A DNA stretch of 64,000 nucleotides. Source: Clostridia bacterium (GTDB taxonomy: Bacteria > Bacillota > Clostridia > TANB77 > RGIG9151). The stretch is taken from contig JAFSUW010000012.1 in assembly GCA_017450465.1 (NCBI GenBank), positions 4,035-68,034 of the forward strand, in the 5' to 3' direction. Below the pieces are notes generated by a model. It was not told the DNA's origin, did not search any database, and saw only the letters and a program-made list of their open reading frames with translations. This document shows, piece by piece, positions 8,931-19,400 of the stretch. Made by a program: the position numbers and the translations under genes. Every line of letters starts with the position of its first letter. Within the stretch, counting starts at the first letter, position 1.

Positions 8931-9884
8931 TTAAGGTATTTGCGTTGTTAAAAATTCTGAAGTACCTGTAATATTTATACTTCCAAAACCAGCTGGTATA
9001 AATAAACTATCACCTTTTTTATATTCAAGAGTCCCGTTTTCGTAATTAATTTTTCCTTCGCCATCTAATACTAAGAACGACATGAAAGAAGAATTATCCA
9101 CAAATATTTCACATGCTTTTTTTAATTCATATTTATTTACATAGAAGTACTCAGAACGTGCTATGTGTGTTAGCGTATAGTCGTCATTATGTATTAAAAC
9201 CTTTGGCTTTGGGTTATTAGGCATTTCAAACGATGTAACGTCTATAGCACTATCTATATGAAGTTCACGGGTATTTCCGTTTTTATCTTTCCTATTATAA
9301 TCATAAATGCGGTATGTTATGTCAGAATTTTGTTGTATTTCTGCAATCATAGTGTTTTTACAAATAGCATGAACTGTACCGGCTTTAATGAAGAATGTAT
9401 CACCTTTTTTGATATTTACTTTATTTAAAACATCAGTAAGTGTATTATTTTCAATTCTCTTAACGAATTCATCTTTACTAATTTTGTCCTTAAATCCATA
9501 GTATAAATATGAATCAGGCGCACAGTCTACTACATACCAAAATTCAGTCTTGCCATATGAATTGTGGCGTTTCATAGCATATTCATTTGAAGGATGTACT
9601 TGTATAGATAAATTGTCCTTTGCGTCGATTAATTTAATAAGTATAGGGAAGTTTTCGAAATGTTTTGCATTTGTGCCAAGTAAATGAGGATTTTTTTGTA
9701 AGTATTCGTTTAATGATTCATCTGTAGGGTAGATGGTATTAGTACCATTGCTATGGCAAGAAAGTTCCCAACTTTCAGCAACAGTAGGCAAATCGGTTTT
9801 TTTATTAAATTTTGTTTTTAAGTTTGTGCCACCCCAAATATAGTCCTTAAATGCGGGATTTAGTTTTAATATTTTTTTATCCAT
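8931..9884 (-). CDS. manA: Mannose-6-phosphate isomerase, class I
   Basis: 'KDYIWGG', 'SWELSCH' and 'LSIQVHP' motifs with cupin-fold length. Confidence 0.8.
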   Translation of the reverse strand: MDKKILKLNPAFKDYIWGGTNLKTKFNKKTDLPTVAESWELSCHSNGTNTIYPTDESLNEYLQKNPHLLGTNAKHFENFPILIKLIDAKDNLSIQVHPSNEYAMKRHNSYGKTEFWYVVDCAPDSYLYYGFKDKISKDEFVKRIENNTLTDVLNKVNIKKGDTFFIKAGTVHAICKNTMIAEIQQNSDITYRIYDYNRKDKNGNTRELHIDSAIDVTSFEMPNNPKPKVLIHNDDYTLTHIARSEYFYVNKYELKKACEIFVDNSSFMSFLVLDGEGKINYENGTLEYKKGDSLFIPAGFGSINITGTSEFLTTQIP

Positions 9885-9983
9885 AATAAAAATCCTTCCT
9901 TAATAAAATTTTCTATAAAAATTATATCAAATTTTGCCGAAAATAAAAGTGGAAAAATAAATTTTAAAAGGGGATGAAACATA

Positions 9984-10832
9984 TTGGAAAACATCGTAGA
10001 AATAAATGGTTTAACAAAAAAATACGACGATTTTACACTAGATAATATTAACTTAAATATAAAAAAAGGTTCTATAATGGGGTTAATTGGTGCAAATGGT
10101 GCTGGAAAGACAACTATTATAAAACTTATGCTTAATTCAGTACATAAAGACAGTGGCGATATAAAAATATTTGGAATGGACAGTTTTGAGTCAGAAAAGG
10201 ATATAAAGCAGGACTTAGGCGTAATACTTGATGGCTGTTTCTTTTTCTTCTTAATAAGATTAAACGAAATACCATTTGTTATGAAAAACACTTATAAAAA
10301 CTGGGATACAGACCTTTATTTTAACTACTTAAAGAGATTTAACTTAAACCCTAAAAAGCGTATAAGAGACCTTTCAACAGGAATGAAAATGAAACTAAAA
10401 ATAGCGATTATTCTTTCACATAACCCAAAACTTTTAGTACTTGATGAATGTACCAATGGCCTTGATCCTGTTATGAGGAATGAGATGCTAGATATATTTT
10501 CAGAATTTGTAGATGAAGAAAAAAGCATAATTTTTTCAACGCACATAACAAGCGATCTTGAAAGAATTGCCGACCAAATCACTTTCATAAGTGATGGAAA
10601 GATTATTATTTCTGATGATAAAGATAATTTATTAAATAATTATCAAATAGTAAAATGCGGTAAAGATGAACTTGGTAGATTTAACAAAGAAGATATATTA
10701 AGGGTAAAAGAAAATAAAGATAATTTTGAAGTTTTACTTAAAAACGGTGGTAACGGAAATAGTAGATTAACATTAGAAGATATAATGATAGTTTATGAAA
10801 GGGGTGTTTCGCTTGAAGGGATTAATTTGTAA
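9984..10832 (+). CDS. ABC transporter ATP-binding protein (ABC-2 subfamily)
   Basis: Walker A 'GANGAGKTT', signature-like 'LSTGMKMK', Walker B 'LLVLDE'. Confidence 0.8.
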   Translation: MENIVEINGLTKKYDDFTLDNINLNIKKGSIMGLIGANGAGKTTIIKLMLNSVHKDSGDIKIFGMDSFESEKDIKQDLGVILDGCFFFFLIRLNEIPFVMKNTYKNWDTDLYFNYLKRFNLNPKKRIRDLSTGMKMKLKIAIILSHNPKLLVLDECTNGLDPVMRNEMLDIFSEFVDEEKSIIFSTHITSDLERIADQITFISDGKIIISDDKDNLLNNYQIVKCGKDELGRFNKEDILRVKENKDNFEVLLKNGGNGNSRLTLEDIMIVYERGVSLEGINL

Positions 10833-11478
10833 AGAACTACTTAATATGGCTACATATAAACGAGTATTTGTTGGATTATTTATGGCATTTATGTTTCTTT
10901 CTTTTCAAGGTGACTACATGCCGATTTTATCGGTAACATTTATAACAGTAGCAACAGTATTTGCAATTACTTCATTTAGTTATGATATGTTCACAAATTG
11001 GGATGCCTATGTAATGACACTTCCTGTGACACGAAAAGAAATAGTAAGAAGTAAGTATTTGTGGGCTTTAATATTAATGTTTAGCAGTTCTGCATTAGTA
11101 TTTATAGCAAATTTAATTGTTGGTTTAGTAAGGGGCTTACCATTTGCAACTATGCGAGTTTGGTTTATAACTATTGGTTTAACAATGCTTGTTTCAGCAC
11201 TTCTCATAACACTTTTATTACCACTTATTATAGAGTTTGGCGTTGAAAAGGGAATTATGGTCATGATACTTACTGGAGTACTTGGAGGAGCTATTTATTT
11301 TCCTTTATCTAAGTTAAATATTGATTTGACATGGCTTATAGATATAAAGAAGTTACTTGAATTATTTAAGGGAGTTACCATTAAAACATCGATAGTAGCA
11401 GCAATTTTACTAGCGATTATTTTACTTTGGTGTTCATATAGAATATCTTATAAAATTTATTCTAAAAAAGAATTTTAA
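10813..11478 (+). CDS. ABC-2 type permease. Start uncertain: TTG 10813 or ATG 10846; the ORF track gives 10795.
   Basis: Six hydrophobic helices. Overlaps the ATPase stop, suggesting translational coupling. Confidence 0.6.
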   Translation: MKGLICKELLNMATYKRVFVGLFMAFMFLSFQGDYMPILSVTFITVATVFAITSFSYDMFTNWDAYVMTLPVTRKEIVRSKYLWALILMFSSSALVFIANLIVGLVRGLPFATMRVWFITIGLTMLVSALLITLLLPLIIEFGVEKGIMVMILTGVLGGAIYFPLSKLNIDLTWLIDIKKLLELFKGVTIKTSIVAAILLAIILLWCSYRISYKIYSKKEF

Positions 11479-11490
11479 AGGAGAATTGAT

Positions 11491-12090
11491 ATGTCAGATT
11501 TAGAAAACTTTATTAAACTTACAGGTATGGCGAGGGATATAGAAGAAAGTAATTTCTATAGAAATTATTTTATGGGTAATGCACTTAGGTTATCTCATCC
11601 AGTAGAAAATGAGGAGATGGCAAAGAAAGTATTAGAGAAATATAGTGCTGACTATAAAAAGGTTAATAAGGTAAGCTTAATTGTAATGATTGTTTTTGAA
11701 ATTATTGTTGCATTATATACAGTGTTTTGTACTGATGTAAGAGGTAGAATGTTTTTATTTTTAACCATAAGTGCGTTCGTAGTAATACCAATAGGATTAA
11801 TTATGTTAGTAAATAGCAGAAAGAAAAATAAGATTAAGGATATAAAAGGAATTAATTCACCACTTCTTTGTATTGAAAGTAAAAGATGTGCACTTCAATC
11901 AATGGAAGTAAAAGGGCGAGAGATTACAGATTTTAAGATGGTATTACAATGCCTTGATATTGGTTTAGACATAGAATTGTCATTTAGAGATTTTGCAGAG
12001 TTTGAAAAAAATCATTATTCAAAAGCAAACATATATTTTTACGAAGAAATGATTGGCGATTATATTTTTGTTGTTGAAGGAATGCAATAA
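11491..12090 (+). CDS. Hypothetical membrane protein, apparently the third gene of the ABC-2 cluster
   Basis: RBS ggaga. Two central TM helices. No recognised family. Confidence 0.5.
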   Translation: MSDLENFIKLTGMARDIEESNFYRNYFMGNALRLSHPVENEEMAKKVLEKYSADYKKVNKVSLIVMIVFEIIVALYTVFCTDVRGRMFLFLTISAFVVIPIGLIMLVNSRKKNKIKDIKGINSPLLCIESKRCALQSMEVKGREITDFKMVLQCLDIGLDIELSFRDFAEFEKNHYSKANIYFYEEMIGDYIFVVEGMQ

Positions 12091-12145
12091 ATTTGTAATT
12101 CACTAATTTTATGATATAATTACTCGTAAGATAGGGGGTAATTTT

Positions 12146-13126
12146 ATGATACCAAACAAATTAAATGTTGGTGATGAAGTAAGAGTTATAGCACCATCAA
12201 GGTCTATGGCTATTATTGGAGAAGATTGTAAAGAGATTGCGACTAAGCGTCTTACTGATATGGGTTTAAAAGTAACTTTTGGTAAGCATGTAATGGAAGC
12301 AGATGATGTTATTTCATCAAGTATTGAAAGCAGAATTGAAGATTTGCATGATGCTTTTCGTGATAAAAATGTTAAAGCTATTTTAACGGTAATTGGTGGA
12401 TTTAATTCTAATCAGTTATTATCGCATATAGATTACGATTTAATAAAGAATAATCCAAAGATATTGTGCGGTTTTTCAGATATAACAGCACTTCTTAATA
12501 GTATTCATGCTAAAACTGGTCTTACCACATATTATGGTCCACATTATTCAAGTCTTGGTATGAAAAAAGGATGCGAATATACATTAGAATATTTCAAAAA
12601 AATGTTTTTTGAGAATAACGAAATAGAAGTAGTAAGTTCAACCGAGTGGAGTAATGACAGTTGGTTTATGGATCAAGAAAATAGAACTTTTGTGCCAAAT
12701 GAAGGTATGTTTGTTATAAATAAAGGTGAAGCAAGTGGCGAAGTTGTTGGCGGTAATCTTTGTACATTTAATTTGCTTCAAGGTACAGAATATATGCCGG
12801 ATATAACAAATAAAATTTTGTTTTTAGAAGATGATGGCCTTGCAGATAAGATGTTCTATGTTGAATTTGATAGAAATTTACAGTCTGTAATTCACTTAAA
12901 AAACTTTAATACTGTAAAAGGCATTGTAATAGGTCGTGAAGAGAAAAATTGTCCTATGGATAAAGAAAAGTGGACTAAGTTAATTAAATCTAAACACGAA
13001 CTTGATAACATACCAGTTATCGCAGGTGCAGATTTTGGCCACACAACACCAATATTTACATTTGGTATAGGTGGAACTGCACATATTATTGCAAATGAAA
13101 AAGCAACGCTTTATATAAAAGGATAA
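12146..13126 (+). CDS. S66-family LD-carboxypeptidase (LdcA/MccF-like)
   Basis: 'VIAPS', 'GGFNSNQLL', nucleophile motif 'CGFSDITAL', C-terminal 'DFGHTTP'. Confidence 0.8.
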   Translation: MIPNKLNVGDEVRVIAPSRSMAIIGEDCKEIATKRLTDMGLKVTFGKHVMEADDVISSSIESRIEDLHDAFRDKNVKAILTVIGGFNSNQLLSHIDYDLIKNNPKILCGFSDITALLNSIHAKTGLTTYYGPHYSSLGMKKGCEYTLEYFKKMFFENNEIEVVSSTEWSNDSWFMDQENRTFVPNEGMFVINKGEASGEVVGGNLCTFNLLQGTEYMPDITNKILFLEDDGLADKMFYVEFDRNLQSVIHLKNFNTVKGIVIGREEKNCPMDKEKWTKLIKSKHELDNIPVIAGADFGHTTPIFTFGIGGTAHIIANEKATLYIKG

Positions 13127-13135
13127 GTGATGTAA

Positions 13136-14335
13136 ATGAATGTGTTACTTACTAAAGAATTGGAACGAATTGAAAACGAAATAGACATAACAGAATATCA
13201 GTTTCAGAAGATTGTAAAAACATTTGAAACAGATATGGAAAACAAAAAAATGCTAAAAATGTTACACACATATGTTTTCCCAAAGTTTGATGTAACACCA
13301 GGAGAGTATTTGGCAGTAGATTTTGGTGGAACCAATGTGCGTGCTGTTCTTTATGAAGTGACGGATAAAAATAAAATTAATGTAAAAGTAAATACATCAT
13401 TCAAATTAAAAGATGAAAAACATGATTATACATCAAATAAATATACGTTATCCGATGTTTTTGATGTAATTGCAAAAGAAATAGGGAAAATTATAGATAA
13501 AGATAAAGAATATTTATTGGGGCACACGTTTTCGTTCCCGACAGAATTTCGAGCTAAAAATGAAGCAATACTTTTAGATTTTTCGAAGGGTTTTGATATA
13601 AGGGAAGCAATAGGTAATGATGTAAATAAAACGTTTTATGAAGCATTAAAGAAAAGAAAGTTAAAAGTAACACCGGTAAATATAATAAATGATACGGTAG
13701 CAACACTTCTTACAGGTAAGTTTTATTATAAGAATGTGGATATAGCGGTTATTACTGGTACAGGGCATAATATTTGCTATGAAAATAGTGAAGGTGAACT
13801 AATAAATGTAGAAGCAGGTGCTTTTAGTAAAGATTTGCCTCTTAGTTTTTATGATTTAATGCATTTTGAGGAGAACAAGAAAATACGAAATAATGTTATG
13901 GAATTGCTTACGGGTGGTAAGTATATTGGAAAAACTGCTGACTATATCATAAAAGATTTTAATGAACTAGGTGTCTTAAAATGTGAAAACGAAATAGATG
14001 GTAGAACTCTTACTTTAGCACTAATAGATGAATTAGATGGTAGTTTTAATAAAGAAACTAAAGAAGCACTTAAATACATTGCTAAAATATTATTAAGGCG
14101 TGCAGCAAAATTAGTTGTTGCAGAAATAGTCGCTATACTAAATGGGTTAGATAGTGAATTAAAGACAAGCCATACCATTATTTTTGATGGCTCTGTTTAT
14201 GAAAAAAATGAATATTTTAAGGAATGCATAACAAAGTACATTGATGATCATTATGGTAGTAAATCACAAAAGATTCAACATGTTTTTGTAAAAGATGCGT
14301 CAAATATTGGAGCATTACTTTCGATTTTTGTATAA
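13136..14335 (+). CDS. Hexokinase-family sugar kinase (eukaryote-type hexokinase fold)
   Basis: 'LAVDFGGTNVR', 'GHTFSFP' and 'INDTVATLL' match hexokinase_1/2 signatures rather than ROK glucokinase. Confidence 0.75.
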   Translation: MNVLLTKELERIENEIDITEYQFQKIVKTFETDMENKKMLKMLHTYVFPKFDVTPGEYLAVDFGGTNVRAVLYEVTDKNKINVKVNTSFKLKDEKHDYTSNKYTLSDVFDVIAKEIGKIIDKDKEYLLGHTFSFPTEFRAKNEAILLDFSKGFDIREAIGNDVNKTFYEALKKRKLKVTPVNIINDTVATLLTGKFYYKNVDIAVITGTGHNICYENSEGELINVEAGAFSKDLPLSFYDLMHFEENKKIRNNVMELLTGGKYIGKTADYIIKDFNELGVLKCENEIDGRTLTLALIDELDGSFNKETKEALKYIAKILLRRAAKLVVAEIVAILNGLDSELKTSHTIIFDGSVYEKNEYFKECITKYIDDHYGSKSQKIQHVFVKDASNIGALLSIFV

Positions 14336-14361
14336 AAAAGGATACTTTAAGTATCCTTTTT
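14334..14361. terminator. Bidirectional terminator
   Basis: A-run, aggatac-tttaa-gtatcct, T-run. Overlaps the stop codon of the convergent gene. Confidence 0.65.
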
Positions 14362-14881
14362 AGCTATTCATACCATTCATCATTTTATCCCAGAAAGCTT
14401 TGAAATCATTCGTATTCATAGATGTAAATTCTTTTGAAACTGTTTCAAAATTCATGTTATTCATTTTATCGTTTTCCATTATATAGACCATAGTAATTGT
14501 AGGGTCTATTTCTTTTACTTTTTTAGTGAGAATATCTTTGTAGTTTGATTGATTTTTTAATGTGTTTGAAACATTACATGATATTAATGCACACTTATTT
14601 GCAACTACTACATCGGTATTATCTACGCCATCTACTTTATCTAGTGTAGTTTTTATCTTTTCATTAGCGTTATTTGTATCTATCTTTATATTGTTTGTAG
14701 TATCATTTACCACGTTTGGCGCTGCCGTATTTGTACGACTTCCACTTACATTTTGTGGTCTTACGCCCATATTACCTTGCCTTAGTGTCATGCCACCTGT
14801 TGAGAAAATTCCAGCAACTAAAACTAGAAAACCTAAACCGAAGAATAGCGAAACTAATTGTTTATTGTTCATAAAATTCAT
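14360..14881 (-). CDS. Possible YhcN/YlaJ-like sporulation protein
   Basis: N-terminal TM/signal, low-complexity N-rich linker, and 'LDKVDGVDNTDVVVANKCALI' resembling the YhcN/YlaJ core. No lipobox Cys. Confidence 0.4.
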   Translation of the reverse strand: MNFMNNKQLVSLFFGLGFLVLVAGIFSTGGMTLRQGNMGVRPQNVSGSRTNTAAPNVVNDTTNNIKIDTNNANEKIKTTLDKVDGVDNTDVVVANKCALISCNVSNTLKNQSNYKDILTKKVKEIDPTITMVYIMENDKMNNMNFETVSKEFTSMNTNDFKAFWDKMMNGMNS

Positions 14882-14973
14882 CCTTTCTTATTAAAATCTA
14901 TAAATATTCTTTACGATTTTGTGAAAAATATGATAGTATATAATAGAAATTTACATATGAAGGAGGACAAAAT

Positions 14974-15951
14974 ATGTCATTGCTTATCTTCAATTTATTA
15001 TTGCTTGCGGCATCTTTAGTTGTAATAATATTTAGTTCTGATAAATTAATTGATTCATCGTCAAAAATTGCAAGATTTTATGGAGTACCAGTATTTATTA
15101 TTGGTGTTTCAATTATCGCATTTGGGACAAGTGCTCCAGAACTTGTTGTAGGAATAATATCATCAATTCAAAAGGCAAATGATTTATCATTTGGGAACAT
15201 TGTCGGAAGCTGTATAAATAATGTTGGTTTAATACTTCCAATTGCTGCTTTTATGATAACAGTTATAGTTGATGAGAAAATATTAAAAAAAGAAATGGTT
15301 ATGCTAACCTTGATAGAAATATTGTTAATAGTATATTCAGTAAATGGTTCTTTATCTAGATATGAAGGCGGAATATTAATTTTGGTTGGAATTTTGTTTA
15401 TTGCATATATTGTAAGGGGAAGCCAAAATCCAGAACAAGAATATAGTGATGAAGACTTAAAGATAGAGCCAAAAAAGTTACCACTTCAGTTTGTTACTGT
15501 AATAGTATCGCTTTTAGGCTTGGTATTCGGTGGACATTTTATTGTAACGTCTAGTACTGCTGTTGCAGAAGCGCTTGGTATAGCAAATTCTGCTATTGGT
15601 TTAACACTAATAGCACTTGGAACGACAATGCCTGAACTTGTTACTACTATTGCGGCTGCAAGGCGTAAAGAGGACGATATAATTTTAGGTAATATTATTG
15701 GAAGTAACATTTTTAACATATTATTAGTACTTGGAACAGCGGCATTTATTCATCCGATTCCAATTAGTTTCAAATCGGAAAGCATATTAAGTTCTTTAGG
15801 AACGGATCTTGGAATAATGTTCGTCTTAAACATGTTTTTGTATTTTACAATGGTTAAAAATAGAAGTGTTAGATGGACAGGCGGTATTGTATTGATAGCA
15901 ATATATATTTTCTATATGACTAAACAAATATATTTCATGATGCCACATTAA
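14974..15951 (+). CDS. CaCA-family Na+/Ca2+ antiporter (YrbG-like)
   Basis: Duplicated alpha-repeats 'GTSAPELVVG...GNIVGS' and 'GTTMPELVTT...GNIIGSNIFN'. Confidence 0.85.
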   Translation: MSLLIFNLLLLAASLVVIIFSSDKLIDSSSKIARFYGVPVFIIGVSIIAFGTSAPELVVGIISSIQKANDLSFGNIVGSCINNVGLILPIAAFMITVIVDEKILKKEMVMLTLIEILLIVYSVNGSLSRYEGGILILVGILFIAYIVRGSQNPEQEYSDEDLKIEPKKLPLQFVTVIVSLLGLVFGGHFIVTSSTAVAEALGIANSAIGLTLIALGTTMPELVTTIAAARRKEDDIILGNIIGSNIFNILLVLGTAAFIHPIPISFKSESILSSLGTDLGIMFVLNMFLYFTMVKNRSVRWTGGIVLIAIYIFYMTKQIYFMMPH

Positions 15952-16034
15952 ATACGGGGAATATCCTCGTATTTTTTTGCATATTATTAAGAGCCCTTGA
16001 ATATTTATATAAAGAATAAGGAAGGGATGATAAT

Positions 16035-16325
16035 ATGCCAATAGAAGAAAAGAAACAAATTTCTAAAAACGGACATAATTTTTTACTTGAGAATCGCGAA
16101 AAGATGAGTATATCTGGCGTTATTGACGTAGATATTTTTAATCCAGATATGATAGTAGCACAGACAGAGATGGGGATGCTTACCGTTAAAGGTTCGGATT
16201 TACATATAAACAAATTAAATTTAGAAGCATCGGAACTCATAATAGAGGGAGAGATAGAAAGTTGTGCGTATTCAGATAAATCGGTAAACGTGGGAAGTAA
16301 TTTGCTTAGCAAGATATTTAAGTAG
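16035..16325 (+). CDS. yabP: Sporulation protein YabP
   Basis: 'LENREKMSISGV.DV..F....IV..T..G.L.VKG..LHI..L' pattern. Lies in the yabP-yabQ-divIC-yabR order. Confidence 0.85.
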   Translation: MPIEEKKQISKNGHNFLLENREKMSISGVIDVDIFNPDMIVAQTEMGMLTVKGSDLHINKLNLEASELIIEGEIESCAYSDKSVNVGSNLLSKIFK

Positions 16326-16336
16326 GTGGTGCGAAA

Positions 16337-16714
16337 ATGAGTGTGGAAAACCAGGTGGTTATTTTTTTATCATTTGTTATTGCAGGAATGTTAGGCGGAA
16401 TTTGCTTTGATTTTTTTCGTGCATTACGTAAAAACTTTGATACGATAGATTTAGTGGTGTATATAGAAGATTTAATTTTTTGGTTTTTACTTTTATTAGT
16501 CACATTAGTAACTGCTTATATAGTAAGTGATGGCGAAATAAGAGTTTATATGCTATTTTCCATGGTACTTGGTGGAGTTATATATTTTTTAATTTTCAGT
16601 AAAATTTTCTATAAAGTTTTTAGTTTATTTTTCCGATATATTGAAAGTATAGGTAGAAACTTTTTAAAACTCTTTAGGAGGACCAATCATGAAACGAAAA
16701 CTCAAAATACATAG
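16337..16714 (+). CDS. yabQ: Spore cortex biosynthesis protein YabQ
   Basis: 125-aa multi-TM protein immediately after yabP. Confidence 0.7.
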   Translation: MSVENQVVIFLSFVIAGMLGGICFDFFRALRKNFDTIDLVVYIEDLIFWFLLLLVTLVTAYIVSDGEIRVYMLFSMVLGGVIYFLIFSKIFYKVFSLFFRYIESIGRNFLKLFRRTNHETKTQNT

Positions 16715-16964
16715 ATTTTTATTAGTTCTATTTGTAATATCATATTTTTCATATATGTTTGCAATTCAAGAAATAGAGTATAAGAAATACAAAAACGAGA
16801 AACAAGCATATTTAGAGCAAATTGAACTAGCAAAACAAAAAACAGAAGAATATAAAGAGTATGCAGAGTATGTAAAGACAGATAAATATATTGAAAAAGT
16901 GGCAAGAGAAAAACTTTCTATGGTACGACCTGAAGAGAAAATATATATCGAAATTAACAATTAA
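16689..16964 (+). CDS. divIC: Septum formation initiator DivIC/FtsB family
   Basis: TM helix plus coiled coil and 'EKVAREKLSMVRPEE'. Confidence 0.7.
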   Translation: MKRKLKIHRFLLVLFVISYFSYMFAIQEIEYKKYKNEKQAYLEQIELAKQKTEEYKEYAEYVKTDKYIEKVAREKLSMVRPEEKIYIEINN

Positions 16965-16967
16965 ATG

Positions 16968-16996
16968 TTGACGTAATATTCGAGTTGCTATATAAT
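16968..16996 (+). promoter_or_regulatory. Sigma-A promoter upstream of yabR
   Basis: TTGACG, 17-nt spacer, TATAAT. Confidence 0.6.
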
Positions 16997-17034
16997 ATAT
17001 ACAAATGAAAATAAAAGCAAAGGAGTAATTTTTT

Positions 17035-17409
17035 ATGTCATTAGAGGCGGGAGCCATAGTAGAAGGAACTGTAAAAACTATTACAAATTTTGGAGCATTT
17101 ATCGATTTAGGAGATGGAGTTACAGGTCTAGTACATATTTCTGAGATATCTGATGATTATGTAAAATCAGTATCAGATTATCTAGAAGAAAAGCAAAAAG
17201 TAAAAGTAAAAATCTTATCAATTGATGAAGAAAATAAAAAAATCACTTTATCAATAAAGAAAGCAGAACCACCAAAGCCACAGCAATCAAAACAACAGGA
17301 AATGTCTTTTGAGGATAGACTTAGCAAATTCTTAAAAGATAGTGAAGAAAGACAAAACGATGTAAAAAGAAGTTTTGAAAACAAACGTGGTGGCGGAAAT
17401 AGAAGGTAA
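17035..17409 (+). CDS. yabR: S1-domain RNA-binding protein YabR
   Basis: 'G.IVEGTVK.IT.FGAFI.L...V.GLVHISE' S1 motif with a basic tail. Confidence 0.8.
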   Translation: MSLEAGAIVEGTVKTITNFGAFIDLGDGVTGLVHISEISDDYVKSVSDYLEEKQKVKVKILSIDEENKKITLSIKKAEPPKPQQSKQQEMSFEDRLSKFLKDSEERQNDVKRSFENKRGGGNRR

Positions 17410-17431
17410 TTTTTATAAAGGAACGTGATTT

Positions 17432-18712
17432 ATGAAACGTGAAGAATTAGAAACTAAAACTGTAGTAGAGCTTAAGAAAATCGCTAAAAGTTTAGAAATT
17501 TCTGATTTCACCAAGTTAAAGAAAAGTGAACTTATAGAGCAAATTGAACGTTTAAGTGAAGTAGTAGTACCGACTAAGACGCAGGAAAAACAAATTAAAG
17601 AAGAACCCGAAGACGCAGAAGGTATTTTAGAAGTACTTGCTGACGGCTTCGGTTTTTTACGCTCTGAAAACTACTTAAGTGGGGCACAAGATATTTATGT
17701 GTCACCTGTACAAATTAGAAGGTTCAACTTAAAGACTGGTGATAAGTTAAATTGCAAAGTAAGAAATGCAAAAGAAGGCGAAAAATTTAGGGCTCTTATA
17801 TATGTAAATACTGTAAATGGAGATAAACCAGAAGTTGCTATTAAGCGTAAATCTTTTGATCAATTAATTCCTGTATTTCCTGATGAAAGATTAAAACTTG
17901 AAACTACAAGACAGGAAACAGCAATGCGACTAATAGATTTAATTGCGCCAATAGGAAAAGGTCAACGTGGTATGATTGTTGCACCACCTAAAGCAGGTAA
18001 AACTACGCTATTAAAGAAGATAGCAAATTCGATATCATTAAATTATCCAGATGTTGAACTTATTGTTTTACTTATAGATGAACGTCCTGAAGAAGTAACA
18101 GATATGCAGCGTTCAATCAATGGTGAAGTCATTTATTCAACATTTGATGAACTTCCAGAACATCATATAAAAGTTGCAGAGATGGTATTAGAACGCGCAC
18201 AACGACTTGTTGAGCATAAAAAAGATGTAGTAATTTTGTTAGATAGTATAACACGTCTTGCACGTGCATATAACTTAACAATACCTCCAACAGGAAGAAC
18301 ACTATCTGGTGGATTAGATCCTGGAGCACTTCATAAGCCAAAGAAGTTTTTTGGTGCAGCAAGAAATATTGAAAATGGTGGTAGTTTAACTATACTTGCA
18401 ACGGCACTTATTGAAACAGGTAGCAGAATGGATGATGTAATATTTGAAGAGTTCAAGGGGACCGGTAATATGGAATTACATTTAGATAGAAAACTATCCG
18501 AAAAACGTATATTCCCAGCAGTAGATATTGCGAAATCTGGCACAAGACGTGAAGATTTATTACTTAGTCAAGATGAATTTGAAGCAGTGCTTAATATAAG
18601 GCGTCAGATGAGTAATCAGCAAAACCAAGACTTTGCTGAAAAAGTTATAAATTTACTTGTACTTACTAAAAACAATGACGAACTAGTGAAAAAATTAAAA
18701 ACGAGCGTGTAA
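17432..18712 (+). CDS. rho: Transcription termination factor Rho
   Basis: Rho_N 'ELKKIAK', 'GFGFLR', Walker A 'APPKAGKTT', and '[12 protein letters not shown]'. Confidence 0.95.
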   Translation: MKREELETKTVVELKKIAKSLEISDFTKLKKSELIEQIERLSEVVVPTKTQEKQIKEEPEDAEGILEVLADGFGFLRSENYLSGAQDIYVSPVQIRRFNLKTGDKLNCKVRNAKEGEKFRALIYVNTVNGDKPEVAIKRKSFDQLIPVFPDERLKLETTRQETAMRLIDLIAPIGKGQRGMIVAPPKAGKTTLLKKIANSISLNYPDVELIVLLIDERPEEVTDMQRSINGEVIYSTFDELPEHHIKVAEMVLERAQRLVEHKKDVVILLDSITRLARAYNLTIPPTGRTLSGGLDPGALHKPKKFFGAARNIENGGSLTILATALIETGSRMDDVIFEEFKGTGNMELHLDRKLSEKRIFPAVDIAKSGTRREDLLLSQDEFEAVLNIRRQMSNQQNQDFAEKVINLLVLTKNNDELVKKLKTSV

Positions 18713-18725
18713 AACGCTCGTTTTT
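18699..18725. terminator. Terminator hairpin overlapping the rho stop codon
   Basis: acgagcg-tgtaaaa-cgctcgt followed by T5. Confidence 0.6.
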
Positions 18726-18728
18726 GTG

Positions 18729-19391
18729 TTATTCGTCTTTTTTGTTATCGTCGTCATTTTCGAAATCAATATCGTCATCTTCATCGTCATCCTTATAATA
18801 TTGACCAAGTGAAAGAATATCTTCGCCTGACATATCTTCCACAAAGGCAATATAAGGAATAGATAAAACAAAGAGAATTATCATGATGATAAGAGTCCAA
18901 GTAGGCAGTACATGCAGTTTGTAAATCATGTAGGATAAAATTGCTACCGGAATAAAAAAGCAAACAATTTTATCGGCTATGCTTAGTGTAAGACGCTTAA
19001 ATACACTTAACACTTCGTTACAAATTTTATGAAGGTAGATTCTTCTCATTTCATAAGCAACAAAAGTGTATGCCCACGGAATAATCATTATCACGATGTT
19101 AGAATGCGAAGGATCTAAAAAGCTTAGTCCGAAAGTAAGGCAAAAGATGGCAACATAGAAAAATGTGCACATAAACCTTGTTGTCTTATCTTTATAGTAC
19201 TTTGCTTTTAAGACCGAAGTGACAAGTATGTTTAATAGTTGGACCCCGAATATGATAGCATAGAATTTCGCAAGCCGCGTATCAAGTGCTACTAAGCGAC
19301 ATATTTCAGTGAGTGCAACAGTGAAGTACACGAAATATGTGGGAAGCTTGTAGTAAAAGATGAGGAGTATGCCAAAAGCCCATTTACTCAT
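18729..19391 (-). CDS. Hypothetical polytopic membrane protein with a strongly acidic C-terminal tail
   Basis: About six hydrophobic helices. Tail 'YYKDDDEDDDIDFENDDDNKKDE'. Confidence 0.5.
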   Translation of the reverse strand: MSKWAFGILLIFYYKLPTYFVYFTVALTEICRLVALDTRLAKFYAIIFGVQLLNILVTSVLKAKYYKDKTTRFMCTFFYVAIFCLTFGLSFLDPSHSNIVIMIIPWAYTFVAYEMRRIYLHKICNEVLSVFKRLTLSIADKIVCFFIPVAILSYMIYKLHVLPTWTLIIMIILFVLSIPYIAFVEDMSGEDILSLGQYYKDDDEDDDIDFENDDDNKKDE

Positions 19392-19400
19392 AATTTCTCC

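Noticed and set aside
10230-10270. Suspicion of a frameshift or pseudogene in the ABC ATPase at the T-rich tract that encodes 'DGCFFFFLIRL'.
   Set aside because: The reading frame stays open across the tract. Walker A, the signature-like motif, Walker B and the H-loop region all occur in the same frame and in the correct order.
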